A DNA stretch of 62,415 nucleotides, filler included, from Sphacelaria rigidula (taxonomy: Eukaryota): assembly GCA_964200075.2 (NCBI GenBank). It is 8 parts of 8 records of this genome, joined end to end, with 100 filler letters (N's around TTAATTAATTAA, not from the genome) between each part and the next. Parts side by side here need not be neighbours in the genome. Positions count along the whole stretch, not along the records: positions 1 to 7,715 come from CAXNAA020013695.1; positions 7,816 to 15,530 come from CAXNAA020013696.1; 6 more parts are not named here. The stretch is one strand, 5' to 3'. How positions within the stretch are numbered: position 1 is the first letter of the stretch; the number at the start of each line of letters is the position of its first letter. Positions 1 to 12,526 of this stretch are shown here, piece by piece. The notes beneath the pieces are model-generated. The model was not told the DNA's origin. It saw only the letters and a program-made list of their open reading frames with translations, and did no database searches. The translations under genes were made by a program, and so were the position numbers.

Positions 1-704
1 ACGAAGATTTTAATCCTCCGGGTTCTCATCCTCAATGATAAGCACCATCCTCAACATAGATGATCGGCTGTTTCAGGGCAATTTCCGCAGTTTCAAGGAT
101 CAGCCACCTCTCCCCCGGTACCCTGCTGTCGGTTGCACATGTGTACCGGGCTTCGAAGTGGGACAAACCATGGCAGAAATCCCGATGAATAATTTCACAG
201 GACTGCACCGGGAACGATACCCTACTAGCGCCTCTGATATGGCGTGACAAGGCAGCCTCTCTGCCGACGTGGGCTCATCAGGTCAAACTGAAATATCTGT
301 ACATCGAGACAGTCAGTTGCATGGTTGTACAACATATAAGATGCAGCACTTTCGTGATACCTTTATCGTTTAACGACTCAAAGCAGCACGACCTCCGCCA
401 TACACATTCATTGTCTGAAGGATGTCACAAAGATCGTCTTACTCCCGTTTTTCCAACGTGGTGCCAAGTGCACTTTATTTGATGAGTAGGTCTTGCGGAA
501 ACATCCTGATGATCTTCGTCTCCTGCAATCTTCCGCTGGTTTGTTCCACAAGATTTTGGAACAAAAAACTTCGGTTTTGCTGTTGTCATGATCCAAATCG
601 AAAACTGCCTTGTCATGTTTCAATTCCGCTTTTTGTTACTACCCTTGCCAAGTCCTTGCACACGGCCCGTGCAATCGCTCAGTGCCTCATAGCTACAGAC
701 TACG

Positions 705-1321
705 ATGCTGGGCTTTATCTTGCCAACCGGCTGGACCTCGATTCACACGGGGTTAAAGCAGCAGTCCCGCAATAATAATGCCGAGGTGGTCGTTTCCCCA
801 TCGTCTGCAGCATCATGCAGTACTACGGCACCGACAGGCGTGAGGCACAACCGCAGCTGCAGTACATGTTACTCGTCGCAAGCGACCATGCACTTGCTGC
901 CATCAGGCACTCCTAGAGGTGTACGTAAACATCGGGAATTAACGGCTTCGCACTCCTGCCCGAGGAGGGGTAAGAGACGGCCACGATTGCGCAGTAATGG
1001 TAGTGATTATCATCATGAAAACGAGTCTGCCTCAAGGTCACGTGCAGAAGGAGCTCATGATGAGATAGCAGATGAGGACGTTGATAATGTTCAAGTAGAT
1101 CATGTGCCGATGTTGCTGGGGAGGGAAGGTTCAGCCAAAAGGCTCGACAAGCTTGACGATGTTGAGTGTACTACGGAGAATAGGCCCTCGTTGAGGAACA
1201 GACCGGAGGATTTGCTGAGGCTCAAGGAGATGGGGAAGAAGTTGAAGTGGAGGCAAGCCTTGGACGTGTTTCGGCGTGCTAAGAAGGATGGCACGCTTGT
1301 CATGGATAACGGTATCTACAG
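705..1321 (+). CDS. Probable 5' coding exon of a pentatricopeptide-repeat (PPR)-like protein (partial)
   Basis: Longest ORF in contig 1: a low-complexity N-terminus, then LKEMGKKLKWRQALDVFRRAKKDGTLVMDNGIY, which resembles a PPR helix pair (W..AL..F ... D..IY). It ends at a strong donor TACAG|GTGAGG (1321/1322). I did not locate the next exon. Confidence 0.5.
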
Positions 1322-4300
1322 GTGAGGAAAGCTCAAAGTCAAGGAGGCCTGCGATGTGCTGTGGCGAATACAAGTAGGCTATCGTCATCTGACAATACCG
1401 TTCAGCAAATAGCGCTGTGGTTCAACATGTGCTTGAGTTGTTCCGAAAAACTGGTGGTAGGCTTCGTCTGATCAACACAGTATTTTCGCTTCACAGGTTA
1501 AGTGGAGTACTTTACACGACGTAAAATGTTCTAAAACTCTCATGATATTCCTGCCCACACAACCTGTAATGAAAACGCCACACTTGCTCTGTATAGCCAA
1601 GACACGATGCTTTCAGTGCTCCTAAATCGTGGCGCTGGAGCCCTTGGCGTGATGGAGCAGACAGTGCGACCAGTGAACACAGCAACAATGACTGACCATG
1701 AGATTCATCTTTGGCTTGAACGGTTATTGCTAGCGAAGCACTGCTTGTATGAACAGAGGCGGGACACGTTGGTCATGACCGCATGTGTTTTGTGCGATCG
1801 CGCGTTGAACGCCAAAATCGACAGTGAATCTCAGCCGCGCATAGTATCTACTAAAGTTTTATATTCGTGTGAACCAGATGGTAACCTCTTTTTTCAAATC
1901 CTGGATCGTAAATCCTTGCTTCCTGCAGTTTTGAAATTAACGATTGGCTATTCAGTCAACGCATGACGAGCAAAGGTCAAAGCCCTTCGTCGTGGAAACA
2001 ATGTACATCGTCGAGTGTTTTCAATCCGATTACATCGATTACATCGGGCGCAGTCATAGAGCCCCGTCGAATGTTCATCGTCAGAATGTAATTAGAAGGA
2101 ACCGATTTGGTCAGTTGACCAATTTCGAAGAGACTGCTGTAACTTCGATAAATGTTGTCGGATTGATGTACTAAACACAGAGTATTGAGTATTGCATGGT
2201 GTTCCCACGAGTGAGGACTTCAACTTTTGTCTGGGGTGCATCGGCTCCTTCTGCACGAGTACACACTCCACTTTTTGGGTTCAGAATCATTCCTTTTTCA
2301 CAACTCAAAACGCCTACTCTACGGCGGAAGGGACCGGGAGTGCATGAGGGGCACGTGGTTGTGAGAGTCAGAACACAGACAATAGTGTGGTTGTCGACCA
2401 CGTTATTATTAGGCCTCATATTTTTGTTTAGCAGTCTGTAGTGTATCGTGCCGCACGTGCGGTCTGCAGCGTACTGGATCTTACAGTGTTGAACGTGCCG
2501 AGTGTACGCAGTGTGCGTTTGGATATCGCACCATGACTACCGCCGCGAACGCCCCTGACTACCATAGAGCAGTTGCTCGGCGATGGCGGTCGCCTCACCG
2601 TCGAAGCATCTGTCTACGTCTACGTGCGTAGGATACTCGTGGCCGCCGCTCGCGTGTTGCGCCATAACGTTTTACACCAGATGGAGGTGTGGAGCTAGTA
2701 AGACGCTCAGGCAGTACTGAACAGACATAGTGTACCGAAGATGCTCAAACACCCGCTTTTGGGGTTTATAATCTATGGTTGATTTGGCATGATCAAAATG
2801 AGATTTGAGGGTAGACGGTGAATGTGTCTACCAGCTGTCTACCCCTACCGGAACAAAAGTGCTCATTTTGACCACCGTGATTGGTCAGAATGGTCATCCC
2901 GCGCCACTCGGGCCTCGTGCACGGCTCATAATTTTCCGCGAGAAACTTCCAAACACGCATGATTGACTCCGTGAGCATCTCTGATGCTCCACAGAGAGAC
3001 CCCCCCCCCCCCGAGCCCTGGAAACCCCTGGATGTCTCGGGACTGTCATCCTGTACAACCGTTCCGAGGCGACGCTCGTCGTTTAAGGTTTAAGTCCTTC
3101 ATTCGGGGCAACGGTTGAAAGTAAAAATTGTCCAGGATCTGAGAAAAAAAAACTTCACGGTCTGTTTGGCACGGATGTGCTGTAAACTGAATTTGCTATT
3201 ATAAATTATTCATGGTTAGGAACACATATGTCCCGAGTGATATTCTGTTGTCTATAAAATTGAGCCAGAGTTGTTTCAGAAGATAGTCACACAGGTGCTC
3301 TACATATTTGTGTCGCACATTTCACCGAGTACGTTGACCACGGCTTCCTATTCTCCCGGCCGTGGTAGCAAACGCACCCCGACATACGCGCAACACCGGT
3401 CTCAGCAAAACTGTACAGCACTGTATGTAGTAGGGTGTCATACAGAATAGGACGGTACACCTCAGAACGTGTAGTACACAAGATTCCCCATGCCAAGAGA
3501 TCTACAGCCTTGAGGGTGTCAGCGAAAGGGAAATGCGCTTTGATAGAACTCTGAAGATCCCAACATCGTGGGCATCGCCTCAATGACTTAGGAAGCGATG
3601 TTCCACGAGAACGACAGTCCCACACAAACCGACGAACCTGCTCCATGCGGGGGCGCGGTAAACTTCGAAGCACCGACAGACGCTCGCTTGTGTCACATCA
3701 CCTCAACCTAGTCTGAAACATAGACCGGACTTTGTCCTCTGCTTGCCTAGAGTAGTACGTTTGATTTTTTCTCACAATCGAACATGCCTGTGATGAATTC
3801 TGCAGTCAGCCTTGGAGAAAACGAGGGTCAAGTGTACGCCAGTCCAGCTCCCAAATCCGTGATATTCGTCACACGCAACAAAACACGGAGGCGTTATCAG
3901 GCGCATAGGAAATCGAAAAATAGGTTGGCCCAACACAGAGAAGGATAGTTGATATGGGTTGTGGTGGAATTACCTATAATCTGTAATCTCCAAGAAAAGC
4001 ATCTTAAGTTCGATATCGCGTTGTCGAAGGCCCCCAGCATCATGGATGGACTTGTTGAAAAGCGGTGGTCAGAGGTTTGTCCGAATTTTTTTTGTTTTTA
4101 TCCGAAGGTATAAAAAAGTTTCCAAATTCGTGCCAAATTTAAACGTCAAACTGTTCCAAACTCCAGGTTTTGCCAGATTATGGAACAATCCTGACCCCCC
4201 CTACCAAAAGTATTCTGGTTTTGAAATGCTCCACCACAGCCTTCGAACTAACTCACCCCAAGATATGCGGGACTTCTGACATGGCGAGATTAACTGCAAC

Positions 4301-5169
4301 ATGGAAATCCCCCTGCCGTGGAATCACCAAATACCAGTTGTTTTCCCCACCAAAAACAAGGCACAGTCAATGAGAATCATGAAATGAGATCAGACACACA
4401 CATGCGCAATAGCTATACGCGCTCGCCTTTTTCTAATAGTCGGGAGGTTCTGGTGTCGATGGTGTATGGGTTATTGCCCACCAAGTGTTGAGCACTTCGG
4501 TTATTAGTCACTTATAGCGCCGCAGTTCCATCAGCCGTCGGTCTACTCTCAGTGCATTTGTTTCCGAACGAATACGTCCTTTCTCTCCCTCACTTCCTCT
4601 TTTTTTTCAGAGTGCGCAAACACTAAATTTTGTGTGCCCAGTACGTGACGAATGGTGAGCTCACTGTCCCGCACCCAAATGTAGTGGCACCGGCTTCTGC
4701 GATGAAGAGAAATCCGTTTGCGCCATTTAGAGCATGGATAGTTGAACGTCATAGCCACAACCATACTTCCGATTTTGGGGCAGGAATTTCGTGTAAGAAC
4801 TTATGACCCAGCGCACTCCGGATGGATCACAGGCGATTCCACTTTTTATGTCTCATGACGGTTTTTTTCGTGCATATTGCCTGATAATGCAGCCACGTAC
4901 CGAACTACACATTGTACAGGGCAGTTGGCCTGCTTATCCCGGGCTCTGTTTCGAACAATAACCTCCTGAAAAATTTCGACTAGTCGATTGCAACACTTCA
5001 ACATGAAAAACAGAATTCCACCAGTTTTTCGGCTATTTGAATTTACCTTCATTTCGCTTCATGAGGCCTGTCACAGGTGTACCGCCTGTATGGATCAGTC
5101 CATGTGCTGATTGCTGCTGTTGTGCTACGCTGTGTCACGAGATTTCTCGTAGTTGTGTGTTCTACGAGC

Positions 5170-6120
5170 GGGGTCAGCCTCAAAACGGATTTAAGCGCCA
5201 AAAGCAATATCTCATCGACACAGACGAGTTGGGCCGTGATCCGCATATCGTATGAATCGTCCAATCAAGGGGAAGGTGCTCATCTGCTCGAAAATCTGGG
5301 CCGATACTTTCTTGTTGATTAAACCCCATGTCTAGTAATTCCTATACCGGACGGCGATAGCGTCCACACTGAAATCTATATGAAACCGCGAAAGATGCAT
5401 TCCGCAGGTGATGGCGATTTTTGGTCTGGACCTTCCCTAAAGCACGGGACACCGATTTATACCCTCACCTTCACCGAATTCGTTATCCCTCGAGATATGG
5501 CGCTCATAAGTTTCCACACTAAAATCAATATATTACGAGCAGAGGCACTAGATGCCCTAAATCTGGATATCACGTCTTAGTTTTTGAGAGTTGTTCAATG
5601 AAATTTCGTAAGGAAAACCACTAGTGCATAGTAAAAATTAATAAAAAAAAAACAGCCTGTTACTTTTTTTTCATTTTTTTCATTTTTTTTTTATTTATTT
5701 TCCTTCGTGTTTTTAGTGGAGTTTTGAGGAGAAATGAAAATTGCTCTTGGGCCTTGTTTCAACATCTTCGCCCAATTTTTAGAGTTGTGATTGAAACTTA
5801 GCATGGAGAACCACGAAGGTGTGCCGAACAAAACAAAAAATGAGCCTTCATTTTTTTCTCATGAAGGTTAGGGCGTTCTCGTGGAGAAACGGTCTTTACC
5901 ACACTAGAACGCCCTAAACCAGTGAAAAACATTGAAAAAAATTGACCCACTGAGTTGCGTTGATTATGCCCTAGCGAGGGCCCGCAAAATTTTTCAATGC
6001 ACAAACAACAAACGTGGGCCGGTGAGTGGTCTGCGAAATACTGCTCCGAATTTCTACCGACCCGGCTTTTAAAAGGCGAATGCGCCGGCCAATATTCAGA
6101 GTTGGAGCGTAAATTTTGAT
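5170..6120. mobile_element. Dispersed repeat family, probably a degenerate DNA transposon; partial copies at 10365-10860 and 20830-21210
   Basis: 5175-5575 aligns by eye to 10372-10752 (AAAGCAATATCTC.TCGACAC...GATAGCGTCCA). 5790-6110 aligns to 20875-21195 and 10755-10855 (CAAACGTGGGC.GTGAGTGG..TGC.AAATACT). Confidence 0.7.
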
Positions 6121-6257
6121 GTGGACAATGCATAGGGCATAAGACAAAAAATTACAGAAGCACCAGAAGGTTTTATTTTATTTTCGTGAGTTGAGGGCAA
6201 TAATCAGTTTTAATCAGTTTTCAGTGAAATGCCCGTAACCCTTTCGGGACCGGACCC

Positions 6258-6535
6258 CCACTAACACAGGGTTGACCCTGTGTTAGTGGAACAATAGGAA
6301 ACAAGTCTCCGAACGACCAACGCGGGGGTTGTTGTCGAGTGTGATGCTACTGCAAAGGTCATGTGGGGGCCCTATCCCTGGCCCAGATAAGCCTCCCCAG
6401 GTTTCTAAGTGCAGGGTGGTCGCAGCTTGTTTTATGGTGTTACTTGCACTTAGTATAGCGTTCCCGAGTTTTTCCGGAGTGTTTTTTCGGTCCCAATTCA
6501 ATACTGAAACGTAGTAATTAATACTAACACAGGGT
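6258..6535. mobile_element. Short TIR element with CCCTGTGTTAGT termini (piggyBac-like ends), abutting the terminus of a second copy
   Basis: ACCCTGTGTTAGT (6275-6287) and ACTAACACAGGGT (6523-6535) are inverted. CCACTAACACAGGG-TTGA-CCCTGTGTTAGTGG (6258-6289) is a perfect 14-bp stem. Confidence 0.45.
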
Positions 6536-7259
6536 GCACCGGAAAAAAAACGGGAAGGAGTGTACATGCTACAATGTGGTCATTTTCACGAGGCACTAAA
6601 CCCAGTTGGGCCGTGGGAAGACTAAATGAGCTACCGTCATAAATTCTGCTTTTTCCTACGCCGATGACTTGCAGTGTTCAGTTAACGTGTACGGAGTATG
6701 TAGTAGGCGGGGATGACGGAGCGATATTTAGGCAGTTGATCTTGGTGGCTGAGAATTGCTCAGAACGTGCCAGGGAGTATGCAACGGCAGCTGCTGCTGC
6801 TGTCGGGGAGACGTACTGCACTGCACTTGTACTGTACTATACTAAATGTATGCGCGCCGCAAAGCTGATATACCCTTCGAAAAGAATTTGCCGCATGCAA
6901 CAACGAGGAAAATGGCGGCCCACCCTGACGACAAGGGGCTGTGTGGCAAGGTGATGGAGACAAAAATACCATCCAAAGCCACAAGTGGCGGGCGGCCCGC
7001 CGGTCACCGTTTCCTGTTGGAAGCTCTCTACCGCGACCCATACTGCTTTCTACATCAGATGTACACTACCTAATTCGCACCCTGCACCTGAAAATAGATT
7101 GGATGAAACTTTCGATCTTCGTCATAACTCTGCGGTTACATGCGCGGATTTTCATACGCCACTGTCTGTTTCGTGCAGACGCCAGACACGCCATTCCTAA
7201 CCAGCCTCATTGGTCGCTCTGGAGGCCCGGCCCCAAAAGGATCAAGACCGCTCCTTATA

Positions 7260-7715
7260 TCAGGCAAACAAAAAAGAAGGGAAAGTGCCTTCTTGGAGCA
7301 CTTACGTCGTTTTACGCCTCAAAAGAGAGCTAGGCGGATTTTGACATCTTGGAATGATTTGCTCTACTAGTTGCGGCGGTTCCAGGACATCTTCCGGTTT
7401 TCCAGTGGCCGCAGTCTTCTTTTTGGCCAAACAAGAATTTGTGTCGAAGAACAGTAAAAAAGAGTCAAATGTAGAATAGTTCTAGACTGTTCTTGGACAA
7501 AAATTCTTGTTTCGCCAAAATGAAAACTGCGATCACCGGAAAACGGGAAGATGTCCTGGAACCGCCGCAACTAGTAGAGCAAATCATTTCGAGATGTAGA
7601 AAAACAATTCTCCTAGATTTGTCTGTTTTTACTGTTCTTGGACAAAAATTCTTGATTGGCCGAAATGAAAACTGCGGCCACCGGAAAACGGGAAGATGTC
7701 CTGGAACCGCCTCAA
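7260..7715. mobile_element. Fold-back/MITE-like palindromic element with a duplicated right arm, truncated by the contig end
   Basis: Perfect 43-bp inverted repeat at 7353-7395 and 7546-7588, inside longer imperfect arms. The right arm recurs at 7631-7715. A homologue lies at 13070-13520. Confidence 0.8.
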
Positions 7716-7815
7716 NNNNNNNNNNNNNNNNNNNNNNNNNNNNNNNNNNNNNNNNNNNNTTAATTAATTAANNNNNNNNNNNNNNNNNNNNNNNNNNNNN
7801 NNNNNNNNNNNNNNN
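7716..7815. other. Artificial contig-joining spacer (44 N + TTAATTAATTAA + 44 N); identical spacers at 15531-15630, 23346-23445, 31161-31260, 38975-39074, 46789-46888 and 54603-54702
   Basis: Seven identical 100-bp spacers carry a six-frame stop core. The intervening contigs fall monotonically in length (7715 x4, 7714 x3, 7713). Confidence 0.98.
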
Positions 7816-7949
7816 CTCCTTCCTCCTCCTCGCCTCGCTTCCTACACCTCTCCTCCCCTCCCCCCCCCCCCCCCCTCCCCCCATTCTCCAGCGCCCCCCC
7901 CCCCCCCCCCCCCCCCCCTCCCACTTTCCCGTCACGCGTACGCACACAG

Positions 7950-8177
7950 GTGTGCACGGTGCTGTTGTTTTTGTTCGTAGCGGCGTGGCCATTTGCGCCG
8001 ATTCTCGTGCACTGGAAACCGTGGGCCCCTCAGCCCACGGTGGCGTTCCTCGCTCTCCTCCTCACGCTGGCCTGGGTCTTAGTCGCTCGTTCGCATTCCA
8101 TCTTCGCCGCGTTGTTGTCCTCGTGGCTCACGCTTGCGCTCACGGGACTGACGGCGTGGGAGTATACCACGGAGCAG
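7950..8177 (+). CDS. Internal exon of a multi-pass membrane protein (76 codons, phase 0/0)
   Basis: Pyrimidine tract and CACAG| acceptor at 7949, donor CAG|GTGCGC at 8178, GC-rich codons, and three hydrophobic segments (VCTVLLFLFVAAWPF...LTAWEYTTEQ). Confidence 0.65.
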
Positions 8178-11100
8178 GTGCGCTTGCATCAGTGATGGTT
8201 CAACTGATTTTCAAGTGAAATCGGAAGACGCGACGGGGACGGCACGGTACATAAGAGTATTCAGTGCACCAAGTGATCGGTGTTTTTAGTTGTTTCATGT
8301 GTGATGTTCCATTCACTCAAGAGGCTGTACATACGGGAGTGTGCAGTGTGACTTGTGGTTCAGAGGAAATACATTTTTTTGTGACTCTCTGAATCCCTCT
8401 TCCTCTTTATATGTCTCTCTCTCTCTCTCGCTGTCGTTAATATCTCAAATTTTGACTTCGTGTGCTGTTATGGGGTCATTCTACGTGCGACACCCACAGA
8501 AAGTCGGTTTTGAGCTCGTACAGATTTTCGAACGGGATAGACGGGGGGGAGGGGGGAGGGCGGGTGTACTCATTTTTCGCGTGCCTTGGTTCGTACAGTA
8601 GACAGTTTATCGCGTTTCCATCGTAAGATGGAGCGTAATAATGGAAATCATCAATTGGGTGACGCTGGTGGTGTGGGCTCGTGGAATCATATTTGTTGGG
8701 ACAACGTTGTATCCATTAAGTAGCGCAGTGAGGGTATTTAGGCTCTGCGTGGTTCCACAAGGCGTAGTGAGGCCTCCTCGTACCGACTGAACCCTGCATG
8801 GGTGGGGATCGGCTGTGTATTGCGCAAATGAGGTCTATGCCTTCGTGTTTTTGCCGTGGCCCGCTCGTCCTCGAGGGGAAAGAACATCGTCTTCCATAGA
8901 GCAACCAATGAGGGGGGGGGAGGGGTGTTTTTTTTTTCCGAGTATCGCTTTTATCGCTGTGTTTTTACTGTCTCGTGGAGCTCTTGGGTGCGTGTGGCAA
9001 GGTTGTTGTGTAGTAACCCCATGATGAGTGTTTTATTTTCTGGTAGCTTTGGTCAGATACTCGCCAGGAAGTGCAGTTTGTCGGAGTCGGGAAGGAGCAG
9101 GGCCTAACCTCGCCCCGCCCGCCCTTGCGTGAGACCGGCAAATTATGTGCGTATCATGACGAGAAGGTCGGGTTCTATCTCAGGGCGGAGTTTACGGCGT
9201 CGTTGCTATTCTAGCTGGACGTGCAGATGGATTTTCATTTAGAGTGTTGACACGTCGAAAGAACGGGTGGTGACTGTGTATCCCCGCGACAAGTTTACGA
9301 GTTTTGTTGTGCTGCGCTTGACTTGCTTTATTGAGTTTACTACTCTGACTTCGTTTTTCGAGGAAGCATGCGTAAAGGGTTTCTGTTTTGTGTCTCTTTT
9401 TGCCCCGGTAGGAAACGTCTCTCTCGTGGGAAGTTTGGCCTCTCCCTGTTTTGGCATGTGGTGACTTTGCAGACTCGCTGCACGATGCTAGTATTGACGA
9501 AGTTCATTCATTCTTGACACGAGGGTAGTGTTTAGATAGCTAATATGTTGTGTACTTCGCTGCCTGCAAGGAGTTGTTTGGTAGCTCTGTGGTTGTTCGC
9601 GTGCGGGCCTGTCCCTTGCGCTGACTTTGTGCCACAAATAAACGAGGTCGGTTGTTTCAGCTCTGACGCATGGAGCGTATGTACCACTTCAGCGGGGTGG
9701 GTGTACTTGTATTTTGTGTGGCGGGCCAACGGTTGCATACACATACAAAAGGCGTTGCGAAGCATACGCGTTTCACATCAAATGGCCATCGACTTCGAAG
9801 AGGGCTTTCGCCTGGTTGAGACTTGGGCGTTTGAATGAGAGTGAGGACGCAACAAGGAGTAGGAAATCCTCCTCCATTAATCGACTGGTGCTTCTTGAGG
9901 AATACTCCGCCGAGGTAGGAAAGGAGCGACTGGCATGAAAACTCTTAGCCGTGGGATGAGTCCAATATATCTAGGTGAATATACATATATACAGTATTCG
10001 CACTACGTTATATTCAGCAGAAATCTAGACGTCCAGATTTGCAGAAATGGTACATCATGCCGGACACAGTTTTAGCCCCGAAGTGCTCCTCCAGCCCTTC
10101 CACGTGGTCTTATACACTTTGTGTAGTAGCTTGTCATTGAAGCCCCTCATATCCCCTATTATCGTAGCATCTCGTTGTGTAGCTGTAAGCACACATGAAA
10201 GCATGGTCAAAGTAGAGCGAATCGTCAGACTCACTCTCCATCAATACTAGACTCCCAACAGCTACGCACGAACTGTTTTGGCTCCATTTTTTGTAGCGCT
10301 GTGCCTTGCGCAGCAGGTGGTGGTACTGGCCTAAAATAGTTCTTGCTTTTCAGGTGGATATACGAGCTGGGCCAGCCTAGTCACGGATTTGAGCTCTCAA
10401 AGCAATATCTCGTCGACACGAACGAGTTGGACCATGATCCGCACTTTGTATTCATCGTCTAACCGAGGGGAGGGTGTCCATCCGCTCAAAAGTCTGGGCA
10501 CATATTTTCTCGTTGATTAAATTACATGTGTAGTAATTCCTGTACCTGACGGAGATAGCGTCCATACTAAAATCTTTGTAGAACCCCCGATCGATGCATT
10601 CAGCGGATGACGAATTTTTGTGTGGATATTCCCTGGAGCACGGCGAGGCGATAGATACCCTCATCTTCACCTAATCCGTGATTTTTTTTCGAGATATGGC
10701 GCACATAATTTTCCATACTGAAAGCAGTATGTTACAAGCAGGGGCACAAGATGAACACCAAACGTGGGCCGGTGAGTGGCCTGCAAAATACTGTTCCGAA
10801 TTTCTTCTGACCCCGTCACTAAACGTCCCATTCACCGGCCAATATTTAGAGTTGCGAACACTGACTATTGCACTTGGCTCATGGAAAAAACAAACAAACT
10901 TGTGTGCACTGGTGTTTGTATTGTGCCGTATTCATCGTCCATACCACATTTCAGGGTCCAACTCTAAATATTGGCCGGTGAGTAGGCCCGCAAACTACAA
11001 ATTCGCTTCTCGGTTGGCCCAGCTCGTATGCACACGTGCACATCCACAGGAGAATGCATTCATAGGGTGGTTGAAATCGAAAGGGACGAAGTCTAGACTG

Positions 11101-11232
11101 TGGCCTATCTGGGGATATCCGCGAAGTTGACTGCTCAACGGAAACTAGTCTTGGGCGTCCGGCGTTATGAACAAAGTTGGAGTGAGGAGGCAAAAAGTGT
11201 GCGTCGGAGCGCGAGCGACAGCAACATGCGAG

Positions 11233-11305
11233 CACCGAAGGTGGGGCTCGAACCCACGACCACAAGATTAAGAGTCTTGCGCTCTACCGACTGAGCTACT
11301 CCGGC
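11233..11305 (-). tRNA. tRNA-Lys, anticodon CTT
   Basis: The minus strand reads GCCGGAGTAGCTCAGTCGGTAGAGCGCAAGACTCTTAATCTTGTGGTCGTGGGTTCGAGCCCCACCTTCGGTG (73 nt). It has a 7-bp acceptor stem, a CAAGA/TCTTG anticodon stem with loop CT-CTT-AA, a TTCGAGC T-loop and no encoded CCA. A T5 run lies about 37 nt downstream (11192-11196). Confidence 0.96.
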
Positions 11306-12357
11306 CGTTAACTCCTCGTGGCCACTAGGAGATCTGTGTTCCTGATTCACGATCATTTATGGCCCGGACTCCTATGTTTAACCTGGCCAACTCTTTCGTC
11401 CCCGTCGGGTGATGCATTGAAATGCAGCGAGGAACCTTTTTTGCCCCTCTGTTGCTGTACTGTACTTCAGGGGAGATGGTGAATGTCGTTGATGATGGAT
11501 TGATACGTGATACTTAGAGTTTCGTCAAATGGTTTTCACTCGGTGCCACTCAGTGCCGAGGAACCGGAATTTACATGTGAAGGCTGACCTCTCACGTCCG
11601 CGTGCGTACTGTCATGTTGTGGTGCAACACACGGGGTATTGCGCTCCATTTGCTTCGGATTCGGTTTTGCGCACATGTTTTACGAGTACATTGAAATAGT
11701 TATGCTCCGGAGAATATGCAACAGCTGGTTATTATCCATTGGTTTGCGCTAGGCTGCAATTTGTACGTGGGGATTTCGTGCTACAAGTGACGAAGGCATC
11801 TACTCGGATCTAGAGCACGAATTGGTTGGGAACACTTGTCATCAATACTACACCAGGCACATAGCCAAGCACTCTTGGTTTTCAAAAGGTCAGTATAGAG
11901 TTGTGTACTGTAGCAGTATAGACAGACAGTGCCGCGTATGTACGTTGCAGCACGACAGACACTGCCGTACTGCCGTGTATGACGGACGACGGGGGAAAGA
12001 CAAAACACGAGCAGCAGAGTACGGTCAGTGGAAGACGACGCCAGTCGTGCCAAGCGCCGCAGACCATGCGATACCGCCGTGGCCGCGCTCGGACCGAAGA
12101 GCACTTGGCTGTTACTGGAGGCAGCCGGGTTCACGTGAAGTGGTATCCGGTATGCGTGATTCCTTCGATTTTGCGAGTGAATCATCATTGAAAAAGGCAG
12201 GAGGTTTGCAGCATATCAAATTTGAATTTTGAAATTTTCACGGCGATCCAGCAGACACGAATCCGCACTGCGTGCAACAGACGGTAATTGCAGCCCTTTT
12301 CGAGTAAATGTGCACTTCCTGCTACTTGCAGCTTCACCCCTCCTTAGAGGAGAAGGT

Positions 12358-12463
12358 AGTGATGCCGCTATAGCCCCCCCAGTAAAGTTGCTGGTTTGAG
12401 GAGGCAAAAATCTGCATCCGGAACAAATTTACGAAAGCCAAGCACACTGAGCAGCTGGGAACT

Positions 12464-12526
<63 letters not shown>

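Noticed and set aside
7760..7771. Regularly spaced TTAATTAATTAA (every ~7.8 kb) as a biological periodic motif
   Set aside because: It is always embedded in 44+44 N, so it is an assembly linker. ORFs ending ...XXXLIN are artefacts.
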